A stretch of 63,024 bases of DNA, counting the filler, from Licmophora abbreviata (Eukaryota): assembly GCA_900291995.1 (NCBI GenBank). It is 11 parts of 11 records of this genome, joined end to end, with 100 filler letters (N's around TTAATTAATTAA, not from the genome) between each part and the next. Parts side by side here need not be neighbours in the genome. Positions count along the whole stretch, not along the records: positions 34,583 to 39,272 come from OLMU01003150.1; positions 39,373 to 45,618 come from OLMU01003151.1; positions 45,719 to 49,783 come from OLMU01003152.1; 8 more parts are not named here. The stretch is one strand, 5' to 3'. A program made the position numbers and the translations under genes. Shown piece by piece: positions 35,259-46,320 of this stretch. A model generated the notes under the pieces. It was not told the origin of the DNA. It saw nothing but the letters and a program-made list of their open reading frames with translations, and ran no database searches. Numbering within the stretch: the first letter of the stretch is position 1; each line of letters opens with the position of its first letter.

Positions 35259-36050
35259 ATGACACCCAACGAACATCAGACGCCTCGTCGCCGAACGTCC
35301 GTTGTCGAAAAGGACGTTCTCAAGCGTCCAGTCAAGAAATCCACGAAACTTACCGCCAAACGACGGGATTCCTTGTCCGACCCGTTTTGCATCTACCTGG
35401 ACCTTCTGAATGTAAAGAGTCCACCTCAAACCAATGTTCAGAACGCATCGGTCAAGCAGGAAGTACAAGCAGAGCTCCCTTTCCTTCCTTTCCAGCCGTC
35501 GCTCAACGGCCATGCCTCCGCCAACTCGATGATGTACGACTCCGACCAATGCCACAAAATTCACCTCAAGCCCCGCTACTACGGCAGAAGAAAGAACCAA
35601 GGAAACGCCGTGAACCGTATCAGGCTTGAAGATTCTCTCTACACGACTACTCCTTCCACAAACTCCAGTGAGGTCGTTCCGTTCCCCTTTCTCTCCCAAA
35701 CACGACCTGCGCCGATCTCAACCAAGATCACTTGCCTGCGTCCCCGTTCCTGTGATGGTGTGAACCTCAAGATGCGAATCACAACGCGCTCTGCTTCTCC
35801 TATGCTCATGTCTGACGCAGTAGTCGACGATGGCGATAACAGCAACGTCAGCAACAATAATATCATCCCGGCTGACCACCACATCATGCCCGCAGTCATT
35901 TCACCTCCTTCGACTCCGCCACCTCAATCTGAGTTCCCTATGCCTTTGTCGCCTCCTAACTGGCTACGCCACAAGGAAGTAGCAGACGATTTTGATCATG
36001 AACAAGGTCTCCAATCTGTGCGAAAGTTGCTTCTGCCTCACTTGAAGTGA
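35259..36050 (+). CDS. Hypothetical low-complexity protein
   Basis: Intronless ORF, first ATG at 35259 in CGCCATG context. Confidence 0.6.
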   Translation: MTPNEHQTPRRRTSVVEKDVLKRPVKKSTKLTAKRRDSLSDPFCIYLDLLNVKSPPQTNVQNASVKQEVQAELPFLPFQPSLNGHASANSMMYDSDQCHKIHLKPRYYGRRKNQGNAVNRIRLEDSLYTTTPSTNSSEVVPFPFLSQTRPAPISTKITCLRPRSCDGVNLKMRITTRSASPMLMSDAVVDDGDNSNVSNNNIIPADHHIMPAVISPPSTPPPQSEFPMPLSPPNWLRHKEVADDFDHEQGLQSVRKLLLPHLK

Positions 36051-36501
36051 GGTTACCGCGCCGGCAAGCGTAAGGAGATCGGTCCGTTGTTGACTGCTCA
36101 TACCGAGCATACCGGCAGCGGTACCATCCTCAGTCTTTAGAGGCGAATATATGTACAATCCAACAAACGATCAGATACTAGCAGTTTGACCAATTTTGAT
36201 GTACTTGATTAGTTGCAAGAGGCCATCGTACTTCCTTTTTGTTCCGTAGTTCGTAGTTCATCCTTCGAGGCTTCAAGGCATTCCGCTTCAGTCTTGGTTT
36301 GGCCGGGTTCTGGCCCGGAACGGTTTTCTAACGCCTATCAAAAGTCTTCCTTGCCACTACAGCATAACGGTACCTGGTGCCCCACTCTCGTGACCGGTGA
36401 AGTCGCGCAAAGAGGGCTTACCTACAGCCAGCTTGATCGTAAATACAACATACCAGGTAGCATTTTAGTAGTGTTAGTCGAGGACGTCCTGATCATCTAA
36501 G

Positions 36502-37935
36502 TTAGGTTGCAGTGTGTGCTGCTTGTGATATTGGGGCAGCCAAGTTGGTTTCGTACACGCGGACCGTCTGATCGTCGCTTCCAGACACAACCACTGCCAT
36601 TCCACCTTGATTTGAAACGTCCGTAAAGAGGACGTTCATGTCGTTAATCATGCCTAAATGCCCGGTGAGTGTCTGAAGCATATTCCCACTTCGTGCATCC
36701 CATATGCGAACCGACCCGTCAGCGGATGACGAAAACACAATAGGGAGCATCGGATGCCACGTAAGGCGTGTGATACCCGCGATGGTGTCGTTGTCACTTT
36801 GAGGACGACAGATCTGCCGACATTGTCCATTGTTTGCCAAATCCCATATTTTGAGTACTCCGTCCACTCCACCAGTGGCACACCAGTTTGGGTTGACGGC
36901 AGCAGACGCAAAGCCGACGGCTTCCACACTCATGGGCAGTTCCATTTCTTCGTCCTCGCTGCTTGAAATTGGAGGTTCGAAATGCCGCAGACCTGCTAAG
37001 ACCTTTTTCGTACCAACATGGCAGACATGTGCCATGCCATCCTCGGAACCCACAAGAACAAGCTGACCGTCTGTGCCTCCATTCACCGCCAGGCATGTCA
37101 GACCGGCACCGTCGTCGCCCAGTCGGAAAATGTGCTTGCTCATACCAGTTCGCGGTGCCCAAACGCGGAGCGTTCCGTCCGAGCTGGCGCTGAGCGCCCA
37201 TCGGCCGTCAGGTGTGAATGATCCAGCAGTCACACCACTCTCGTGCCCAACAAACACCTGGAGACACTTGTTCATAACAGTATGGTACATCCAAACTGTA
37301 CCATCAGCAGCCGACCCAGCCAGTAAGACAGAACCTCCCTTGGGGTGAAAGCAGAGCCACTCTACATCGCTAGGACCGTCAAACTCCTTCAGCTTGCTAC
37401 CAGTATCAGGATCGTAAAGAACTATTGCTCCATCGTAAGCTCCGACGGCAGCCAACTTTGGCGTCTTAGACAGGTCGTCGCTCACAAAGTCCATGTTGAA
37501 GGCGGCGCATGAGACACTATCTGTATGCGCATGAGCCAATGGAAGCGTTACAGGAGACTGGCCCGCAGTTACCTTATGGAGATATGCCTTGTCGTCTCCG
37601 CCTCCCGAAATAATGGATAACGACTGCGAGGCAGAGTCGAAGTGTCCAGCGACGGCATACACGGGCCCGGTATGCGATTCGAATTTGGCTTTTGACACGT
37701 CGACAAGCTCTCTCCGAGCAGATGAGTCGAACGCTGTCTCCGATTCGTCTTCCTCGTCTTCTTCCATGTGAACATCGTCGTCTTCGTTCACCTGTACCTC
37801 CACAGCATCGTTCATGTCCAGAAAAGCAGGTGTCTCATCGAACTCCGCATCGCCTTCTTGGTCGATCGACTCTTCCGTGGCAGAATGAAGCGGCATCTTC
37901 TCGCTTCCTTCCAGTGGCAGCTCTTGCGAATTCAT
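36502..37935 (-). CDS. SQT1: WD40 protein Sqt1/AAMP (uL16/Rpl10 chaperone, 60S assembly)
   Basis: Acidic N-terminus; SGGGDDKAYL, HTDSV, GPSDVEWLCFHPKG.VLLAGS.DGTVWM, FVGH...VTAG.FTPDG, SVEAVGF match the Sqt1/AAMP family. Confidence 0.85.
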   Translation of the reverse strand: MNSQELPLEGSEKMPLHSATEESIDQEGDAEFDETPAFLDMNDAVEVQVNEDDDVHMEEDEEDESETAFDSSARRELVDVSKAKFESHTGPVYAVAGHFDSASQSLSIISGGGDDKAYLHKVTAGQSPVTLPLAHAHTDSVSCAAFNMDFVSDDLSKTPKLAAVGAYDGAIVLYDPDTGSKLKEFDGPSDVEWLCFHPKGGSVLLAGSAADGTVWMYHTVMNKCLQVFVGHESGVTAGSFTPDGRWALSASSDGTLRVWAPRTGMSKHIFRLGDDGAGLTCLAVNGGTDGQLVLVGSEDGMAHVCHVGTKKVLAGLRHFEPPISSSEDEEMELPMSVEAVGFASAAVNPNWCATGGVDGVLKIWDLANNGQCRQICRPQSDNDTIAGITRLTWHPMLPIVFSSSADGSVRIWDARSGNMLQTLTGHLGMINDMNVLFTDVSNQGGMAVVVSGSDDQTVRVYETNLAAPISQAAHTAT

Positions 37936-38391
37936 GGCTGTACAATCATGCGTTACTGTAAGTCGTTTTACTGTGATATTGGTGGGTAGTGAAGCAGGCG
38001 TACACGACGAACAAGTTGGTATGTGTGAGCTTCAAGAACAGAAATGAGCCTTCCGGACTTCTTTCGAAATGTCGAGAATCGATGGTGCTCTTTCCACACG
38101 TCTTCCCGCGGCCCGTGTCATCCTAGCAAAGCGTTTGTTAATCGTGGAAATATCCGACGATTGTCCATGGAGCGTCCTGCCAGCTGCCACTTAGGGGAAT
38201 TTACCGGATCATTGCTTACGTATCGGCAGATTTAGCTTAATTAAAACTTAAGCCATGAGGGTTGATATTTTGCTGCCTGGCTCGAAGAAGACCTCAATCA
38301 CAGTTTTGGCGCCATTCATTTCGCTCCTCACTATTCTTTTCCCCGCACCGTCAGAGAACATGACACAATAGGCCTTGAGAGGTGTCACCGC

Positions 38392-39201
38392 ATGACAACC
38401 ATGAAGCAAACAGACCAGTTTCACTCAATTTCTCCCACCAGGAAAGATTTCCTCAATCTACAGACTCAGCGGCATCGCATGCGAGCAGAAATGCAGCCGA
38501 GGCGTGTCTCCTTCGCTCAACCGGTAGAAAAACGAGGACGTCTTTTTCTCGTCAGGGACGACGAGAATCTAGATGCCATCATATGCGATGCATCCTCACT
38601 GTGTGGTGCAATCGAAGAAATCAGAGAGAATTCATGCAACGCTCTCCCCTTCTTCCCTCGGGACCTTGACGAGGCCTGTCCGATCGACGACGCGATCTCT
38701 TCCGGCGGGCTCGGACAGTCCCGAATTCGCTTGACACAACGCCCGACGGGCGCTCACCGAAGGATGATTGTTCCGGACCCAGACTACTCGACCGTCGGCA
38801 CTTTCGACGCTCGCAATGTCTCCTTTGACGAGAACGACTGCGAGATGACCTTCTCCGACACCGACCAGCAGGACACACCATTGGGATTGCGAACTCCTCC
38901 GCGACCGGTTCGTTCGTCTCCTCGACGAGTAGCCAAGCCTACCATAAGCCTGCAAATGAGAACCACTACCTCCTTCAACCCATTTGACAACAATCGGTCT
39001 TCGCGCTCTACACGGGATCCTGAAATGACAGCAGGACCGCAGCGGGGAGATGCGGAGACATCGCCGGACTCTTCCTACTCGACCCCAATGCCAAACGAAG
39101 AACCACAACGAGGCCCCATGTGTCCTTCAAGGCCCCGTCGCAGGGATGATGTCTGGCTTGAGACCGATGCCTCTGCACCCTTCATGTTTCCAGACTTGTG
39201 A
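38392..39201 (+). CDS. Hypothetical protein
   Basis: 269-aa ATG ORF, no recognised domain. Confidence 0.6.
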   Translation: MTTMKQTDQFHSISPTRKDFLNLQTQRHRMRAEMQPRRVSFAQPVEKRGRLFLVRDDENLDAIICDASSLCGAIEEIRENSCNALPFFPRDLDEACPIDDAISSGGLGQSRIRLTQRPTGAHRRMIVPDPDYSTVGTFDARNVSFDENDCEMTFSDTDQQDTPLGLRTPPRPVRSSPRRVAKPTISLQMRTTTSFNPFDNNRSSRSTRDPEMTAGPQRGDAETSPDSSYSTPMPNEEPQRGPMCPSRPRRRDDVWLETDASAPFMFPDL

Positions 39202-39554
39202 AGGTGTATGACACGAATGGTAGTAGCGAATTTACGTAAGATACCACTACCTGGTACCGTGATGTAAAGTAGNNNNNNNNNNNNNNNNNNNNNNNNNNNN
39301 NNNNNNNNNNNNNNNNTTAATTAATTAANNNNNNNNNNNNNNNNNNNNNNNNNNNNNNNNNNNNNNNNNNNNAGAGGCAAGCAAAAGCCCGCCAAAGAAT
39401 TTTGTTCCGAATCAAATCAAGAGCAATCGAATCGAATCTTCTCATGAATGTGTGCAAGATGCATGCATCGGATCAACCCCAGTATAGCTCTCAAATGGGT
39501 ATCCAAGGTTACTGCACGTCAAAACTATAAATCAGATAGCAAGATCCCACGAAT

Positions 39555-40064
39555 ATGGAGGCGAAGGGTCCTTCTGCGGACTTTTCACCGCCATCTTCTG
39601 TCTTGAAGGGTCGGTTTGAAAGGAATCGCGGTACTGGACCATTTGTTCCATCTGAGTCGACCTTCAAGGCTCTTGACGTGTCTCCCCTGTCCATTGCACC
39701 GGAACCGGACGAGGACGTCGTCCCCATCGTGCCTGCGGTCTTTCCATTCCCTCCCCTACCTACGGAGATAGTCTCTCGAATCTGCCTTCAACCGCGCAAG
39801 TCAAGATCCTTCGAGAATGACGTGATGAAAGAACAAATGAGAGACAGCTGTGTGCTGAGAAAGGTGTCTATCGACACAACGGCGACGCCTATGGACACAA
39901 GTGAAGATTCTTCGTCCACCACCACGGCGATAGTAGAGCGCACCCCGAACAGGACCGACCACGCGCACCTTATTCAATCCGCGCCTCGAGGGCCAACGCC
40001 TACGGACTACATCGACTATTCTACCGGTATCATGGAGGGGGCTCCAAGGATGCCTGACTTCTAG
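39555..40064 (+). CDS. Hypothetical protein
   Basis: 169-aa ATG ORF, no recognised domain. Confidence 0.55.
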   Translation: MEAKGPSADFSPPSSVLKGRFERNRGTGPFVPSESTFKALDVSPLSIAPEPDEDVVPIVPAVFPFPPLPTEIVSRICLQPRKSRSFENDVMKEQMRDSCVLRKVSIDTTATPMDTSEDSSSTTTAIVERTPNRTDHAHLIQSAPRGPTPTDYIDYSTGIMEGAPRMPDF

Positions 40065-40330
40065 CCCTTAAGGCGATCGCTGGGGAGGCGTGTTGTAGGC
40101 CCAATTGTGGCACGAGGGACATAGGGGGCACTAGAGGGGAGTCCAAGGATGTGGGGTCGTCAAGCGGGAAAGTCTCGGCGAATGTTTCCACTCCTATACC
40201 GGCACCGACGAAACGGGGTTGTTGTTGTTGAATCATATATAAAGTGTAGTTCCAGACAAGGTATCGATAAAATATACTGTTTTACTCTGTACTCTAGAGG
40301 TTCGCAATCGCTACTCGCACGCACGGTTGT

Positions 40331-41846
40331 CTACCATGTCGGTTCTGGCTTGTAAATGTCCACGAACTCCACTCCTTCAAACTTGAGGTTTTCGTGATAC
40401 TTGACTTCATCCAACAAAACTTCCCCAGTCATCACGTCCAAAACCATAAAGTAACTTCGTTGCTTGCAAGTTTCCGTTCCATCGACACAGTCCTCTTCCA
40501 CCGATCGCACCGCCAAGGCATGACGATCCTTGGTACCCGGTACGAAAGCGACGGTGGAGAATCCGTGGAGTGGATCGACTACCTTCATTTGAATGTCAAC
40601 GACCTCAGAATCGGTAAAGTCCTCATTGACCAAGACGACCTTGTTGCTTCCCATCCGTTCGTCCTTGTTTTCATCGTAGGCGTCCGGTGAGACTCGTCGC
40701 GGCAAGAAAACCCACTTCTTCATGTGCTGCGACCATAGAATGGCCTCATTGATGGTATAGCCAGGTGCTGAAGCACCGAGCGCTTTCCGAACAAAGTTGT
40801 AGTTGTCGCTCCAATCAACACGACGGACTTCACCGTAGCTATTGATAATGGCAATCCAGAGATTGTTGGTGTTCGCAATGCTGCCATCCGGATTCGTGTA
40901 CTCTTTGCCCATGCTTCCAATGTACAGGTCGCCGTTCTTGACCGTCGACCACTCCCACTTCATGCCCTTATCCGTTTCTCCCGGACCTTCCGTGATGACA
41001 AAACGCGGCACAACATAGGAGTCCTTGCCTTGATCCTTGTTCAGTATCTCAAAGACATCTCCCGTCCGATCATCGAAAGACAAAAGACGATTGTTGTAGA
41101 CCGTAAGTTCACTGAGTTCCATCCCACGTCCTGCTTCATTGTGTCCAGATGTCAACATCCTAGTAGGTTCAAAGTTGATGCTGTAATGGTTCGTGAGCGG
41201 ATCTCGAGTGATGTGTCCTGGAAGCAAGATGGAATAGAACTTTGGCTTTTTCGAATCTTGCACGAGCGAGAGCTGGTCGAGGTCCGTGACGGTGGCAAAG
41301 CGAAACGTATTTTCATCCAGAACGGAAGATTCTACGGAAAAGTAGCCGGGATGGATGGCACCCCCGAAATGCGCAAAGCTGCGTTTGTTTCCTGGGCTGT
41401 CATTTTATAATGACGTCGTGAGCGAGGTGCAGGAGGGAGAATGAGTGCGAAAGTGGCAAGAGACGCACGATTCCTTCATTCCTTTCTCGTTGTTTTCATA
41501 CTTACAGTCGAAGGTGAGAGCCTACGCCGGAGCCATCGTGCACGACATCGGAGCTGAGAATAACGACAAAGCCCAAGAAAGCAATCGTAGCCAGCACGGC
41601 TCGTGAGTTTTGTCGCATGCAGAAGGTGAATTTCGACATGAGCGTCGATGTCGTCGTCTGGGGGTACGCCATGGATTCCGATCGCAACATGGTGTCTGGG
41701 TTTTCAATATCAACAGGAGGAGGAGAAGCGGTGTAGTAGAAGCTAGTCGGAACGATAGGAGGAGGTAAAGCGGGCGATCCTCGTCGCTGGTTGCTGGATA
41801 CTGGACGCCGAGAAACCGCTGCAGCGCCTGTAGTACTAGCGTTCAA
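40331..41846 (-). CDS. CANT1: Calcium-activated nucleotidase/apyrase (CANT1/SCAN-1 family), type-II anchor; intron 41397-41505; start uncertain (first in-frame ATG 41690)
   Basis: FRFATVTDLD, GRGMELSEL, FDDRTG, KWEW.TVK...LYIGSMGKE, WVFLPRR, HGFS, KFEGVEF are family motifs; the intron joins a TM exon in frame. Confidence 0.9.
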
Positions 41847-42236
41847 ATCTCGTCCTTGAACAAGCTCGGAAAAGGCGCGGCTTCCAGTGGATCGTGGAGC
41901 GCGTCGAATAACGGCACGCGGGGGTGAATGAACAATGGTCGCTGATCACCACAGGTAGAGAGAGAGAAAGATGAAAGAGACTGCAGCAGCAGTTTCAAGT
42001 CATAGCAGCAAGCAACAGCAACAACAGTGCGGCGGCGGCAATGACCGCGAGCAGAGCACGCCATGACCCCGCGCGATGACCCGCGCTAAAGTTTACCGCC
42101 TTACCGTGTTACTCGGACGAATCTCTCGACTCAATTACGTAGCCATGTACTGACGCTGTACGCACACCGCAAAATCTGGCAACCACACACACTCGTGCTG
42201 GCTGTCTGTCGACTGTGAAAATCCGATCGATCTACC

Positions 42237-42685
42237 ATGGTGAAGGCAAGTGGAAAGCGACGCTTCTGAAGAGAAGTCGATGAAGTGAACTGGAGGAGGG
42301 TTGGAGTGTGTCTCTGAATGTGTGAACTCAGTCGATGCTGAAAGGCCTGGTCAGAGCTGTTGCGGACGGCCAGTGCCTTCATCGTCGGTCCTCTGCGGCG
42401 TATCTGTTTTGACTCGTTCGACTAAACACGTTCGAAAATGAGTTCGTGGCAAACGATTGCTTTGATCATGGCTTTCTTTCTCACACTGCAACTCTTCTCT
42501 TTTTCTCAATCTTGCAGCAAAAGAACACTTGTGCCCATAACAATACGGCCAAGGCACATCGTAATGGCATCAAAAAGATGAAGCGAAGCAAGTACGTGTC
42601 GACACGAGGAATGGATCCCAAATTCCTTCGCAATCAGAAGTTTGCAAAAAAGTACAACAACAGTAAGCGGGTGCATGACGAGTAG
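42237..42685 (+). CDS. RPL29: 60S ribosomal protein eL29; exon 1 42237-42245 (MVK), intron 42246-42517, exon 2 42518-42685
   Basis: [20 protein letters not shown]...[22 protein letters not shown] is the L29e signature; pyrimidine tract plus TGCAG acceptor. Confidence 0.92.
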
Positions 42686-42894
42686 GTAAACTTCTAGTCA
42701 TCATTATAAACGAAAACAACTAGCACTAGGAGAACAGACCTCTTCTTCTTACTACTACCGTATGACTGCTCTAGCGTGCAGGAGGAGAAGCATCGCAGTA
42801 CTGGAGCACCACATTCATAGACTGGATTACTACTTCGTAGCATCAAAAGCGGTACAAAACAGGAAAATTCTACAGTACCTTACTTCCTATCCTC

Positions 42895-43985
42895 TCAATT
42901 CTTTGTACTTCCTTCATCACGATGGTCCTCCAACAGCTTGACGAATTCTCCCTTCTCCATGAGTCCTACAGCCTTGCTCCCCAAACCTGCTTTTCGTATC
43001 GCCGCCTTGAGTTCCTTGACACTCATTTTCGAAGGTTCTTTCAATTGCACCTTGCATGTTTCATCCGACGGTAATACGGACTGCAAGAACGCTTTCAATT
43101 CACCAATCTCCTCGATACTGACCGTGTGCTGCATTCCAGGATAGGCCTTGAGCTCATACGTGGCGGCGCCCTTGGACAAGACCGTGTCGCGACTCTTCTG
43201 AGCCACTGCCAGTGTCACCATGGGATCGGCACTGCCGTGGCCATGCCAAATGGGAGTGTCCTTGTTGGCGTCATCGATCTGAACCTGGCTCGCGGCCGGC
43301 AAGTATCCACTCATCAAGGCGATGCCTGCGAGCTTGCTGGGGTACTGAAGACCTGTAAACAAGCTGAGGGCACCGCCCTGAGAGAATCCTGCCAACACCA
43401 TGCGATCGTATCTGAGACCAGTGGCGGCATGCTCCTCTTCCAGTATGGACTGGATTCTAGCTCGACTGTCGTCGATGCCGTGGCAGTTCTCGTTTGCGCG
43501 TTCGTCGAGGCCGGTAATATCGTACCAAGAGGGCATTGGCATTCCCATGTTCATTGTCACTGGTTTTGTGGGAGCAGTAGGAAGAATGAATTTCAAATAT
43601 GGAAGCTCTTTTGCCAAAGACTGAGTATAAACGAAAAGCAAAGAGTGAGTGAAAGAGCGGCATGAGTCACGACAAGCACACTACAGTTCGTCGGCGACTC
43701 TGTCGGCTTGAACGCCCTACGTACTTCAGCCACATCGGCAAAGCCTTCCGCAGTATCCCCAAGTCCATGCGAAATGACAACAAGGCCGCTCTGTGCGGCT
43801 TCGTTCCGGGGAGATACTGTTATCGTCCCGGATCCATCGCGTTCGGTCGAGAAGCTCATGTTGGGAAGGGAGGAGTGAAAGCTAGATGAGTATCGGTCGA
43901 CAGAAACACCGAACTGGAACAGCGACGCCAGAGCCACGGAACGGAAGACGAAACGACGAGACGGAGCACCTGCAAGCAGGAGCAT
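42895..43985 (-). CDS. Acyl-protein thioesterase/lysophospholipase (phospholipase-carboxylesterase) with a C-terminal SAP-like helical domain; intron 43621-43724
   Basis: HGLGD, PVTMNMGMPMPSWYDI, GFSQGGA, HG..D.MV, GMQH motifs; MSVKELKAAI...EK.EFV.L tail. Confidence 0.9.
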
Positions 43986-44265
43986 TCAAAGAGAGGATAA
44001 TCGCGAGATGAGAGCGCGAAGACAACACCGAATGAAAGGGCTGCCACCAGTGTGATGATCGAAGGGTGAAGGGTGTGAGTGAGTGTTGTCTGCTGTCGAT
44101 GTGTGCTTCTGCGGCGGTTATGAGATGCTGCTTGCGGTATCTTTCGAATCTACGCGCGCCCGGGGCTGTCGAAACCGCGCGTGACATTCTGCTCTTAGGC
44201 GAGATGAGGGATGCTAGTGTTGTTTGACGCCATCTTTGATGCTACATCATAACGTTGCTGCTTTA

Positions 44266-45907
44266 TTAAGGGCCTTCTCTAGCTATATGAGTAACGTCTA
44301 GTCGATAATCGTAGGGGGGCGTTCGATACAGAGCATTCGACCAGTACAAGAGGGGAGACAATCCTTCTTCTTTTCCGTTATATCGAGGCTCCAATCCAAA
44401 GTTGACGCCCTTGCCTTTGGCGGCGGTTGGTTTCATGGCGGTCCGACTGCTACTACCTTTCTTCGTTCCACGAAGCTCTGTAAAACAGTTGCGCATCAAA
44501 GCCGCCAGGTCGACACGACTGCCACATGTCGACGCATGACCAGCCCCATCTACCACATGCACCTGGCTTTTGGGGAACATGCTGGAAAGCCGTTCGGCTT
44601 CGGCAATCGACGGCAACGTCATGTCCTTTTCACCAGCGACAATCAGCATTCTCATGTTTGCCAGCTGATCTAATCGTCTAGGTTCCATTCGAGCGCATCC
44701 TGTCTCAAGCCACTCTTCTAATCTCCAACGCAGCGTTTCTTGTGGCATGAACTGAAGCTTTTGTCCAAGAGAGAAGGCCACCCTCCCCATGTAGGCTTCA
44801 CGTGCGGCTGTGTCAATCACACTTGGCAAGGCCTTTGACTGAAGAATCAGAAGCAGCTGCGGCAATGAGTATGCGTCCGTAAAGAGCGGGAGGAGCCGCA
44901 GCACACCAAACGGATACAGCAATGGCGGCAGAAGGGCTACAGACGGTCCTTCGGATGCTAGCCGAGATCGATCGTAGCAGGTGGCAGCGTTGATCAGCAC
45001 GAGACCTTTGAGATTCTGGAGCTTCAGCTTCCGCGACAGGGTCAAGGCTATGTCAAGCGCAAGAATGCCTCCAAACGATTCTCCTACGAGATATACGGGT
45101 CGGTTTGACGGCCTCTGAGTTTTACCTGGTGAAGTTTTTGGTTTCGCTCCTGACTGAAACAAGCTTGTCATGAAGCTGCTCTTTCCGTCTTTCTTCTTGG
45201 AAACTTTCGCCATGGTGACGTTCCTAGTACTGTCTGTAGTTTCTGGTGTCTCCAATTGTTTTAAAATGAAGTCAACGACGTCGCTCTCCAGCTCTTCAAA
45301 GGTCGACCGATCCCCCATTCGGATGTTCAATGATCGTATGTCGAAAGTTGTACTTAGCTCAGGAAACTGTAAGAAAGGCGCCAACCAAGTGCCATCGAAT
45401 CCAGGTAAGTACACAAGAAGAGGCTTCTTGGAAAGAGTTCTATTCTCGAACTCTTCTACGACTGGTGGATAGCCCTCGCTTAGCAACGGAGACACGAACG
45501 ACAGGTCTCTGAGTCGATTTCTCCCTTCCTTCTCTCCTCCCAAAATGTCCGCAAATAACATCACCTGGCGTGCCTTGTGTGGGCTCTGATGAAATCTTCG
45601 AGGGTTCACAGCCGCGTCNNNNNNNNNNNNNNNNNNNNNNNNNNNNNNNNNNNNNNNNNNNNTTAATTAATTAANNNNNNNNNNNNNNNNNNNNNNNNNN
45701 NNNNNNNNNNNNNNNNNNCTGATGAAATCTTCGAGGGTTCACAGCCGCGTCTCTGACGAAGGCGGAGGTCAGCTGGTCTGGACCGCACAAGACGACGAGC
45801 AAGATACCCATCAATCTACTGGTCGCCACCCGCCATAGTCGTCTTCTTTCGAAGTATCGATCTGAACGAACATGCGATCGGCTCCGCTCCCGACCGATAC
45901 ACGACAT
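44266..45907 (-). CDS. Plastid-targeted alpha/beta hydrolase resembling the esterase domain of phytyl ester synthase-like proteins
   Basis: LVYLPGFDGT, VYLVGESFGG, L.N.AT.Y, G.KD..LPS..EAERL, GAGH motifs; TSA-FV targeting motif. The contigs flanking the gap overlap. Confidence 0.8.
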
Positions 45908-46320
45908 GGCTACAATGAGTGCACAACAGAGTCTTCTTGGGCCAGTCCTTCCGCTAGAGTGTGGCCGAAGAGCGGTAGGAGCGACAAGATATCATCATCC
46001 ATCCTTGTCGTCGCCGGGGTCCGGGTCCGGTCTCGTGCTTCGACAAAGATTTTGTGGCTTGGATCATATCCATTTCCGGGTTTCTCTTGCTGGTTATTTT
46101 AGGGGCGCGAAAGTCCATTTCGTATCATACTCCGAACGGGGGTGGGCGCAAACTGTCGACTTATTGTAGACTAGCTTATTGGCTTCGAAAAAAGTTCTTA
46201 GTCCACACAGGCAGTAGATAGCCGCATGTGGGTCTAGCACAAGCCCATTTTGCTTATCCTATGTTAACGTACGAAATGCAGCTTGTATTTGCACTCCATT
46301 ACCAAGCTCGTCATCAGTCT

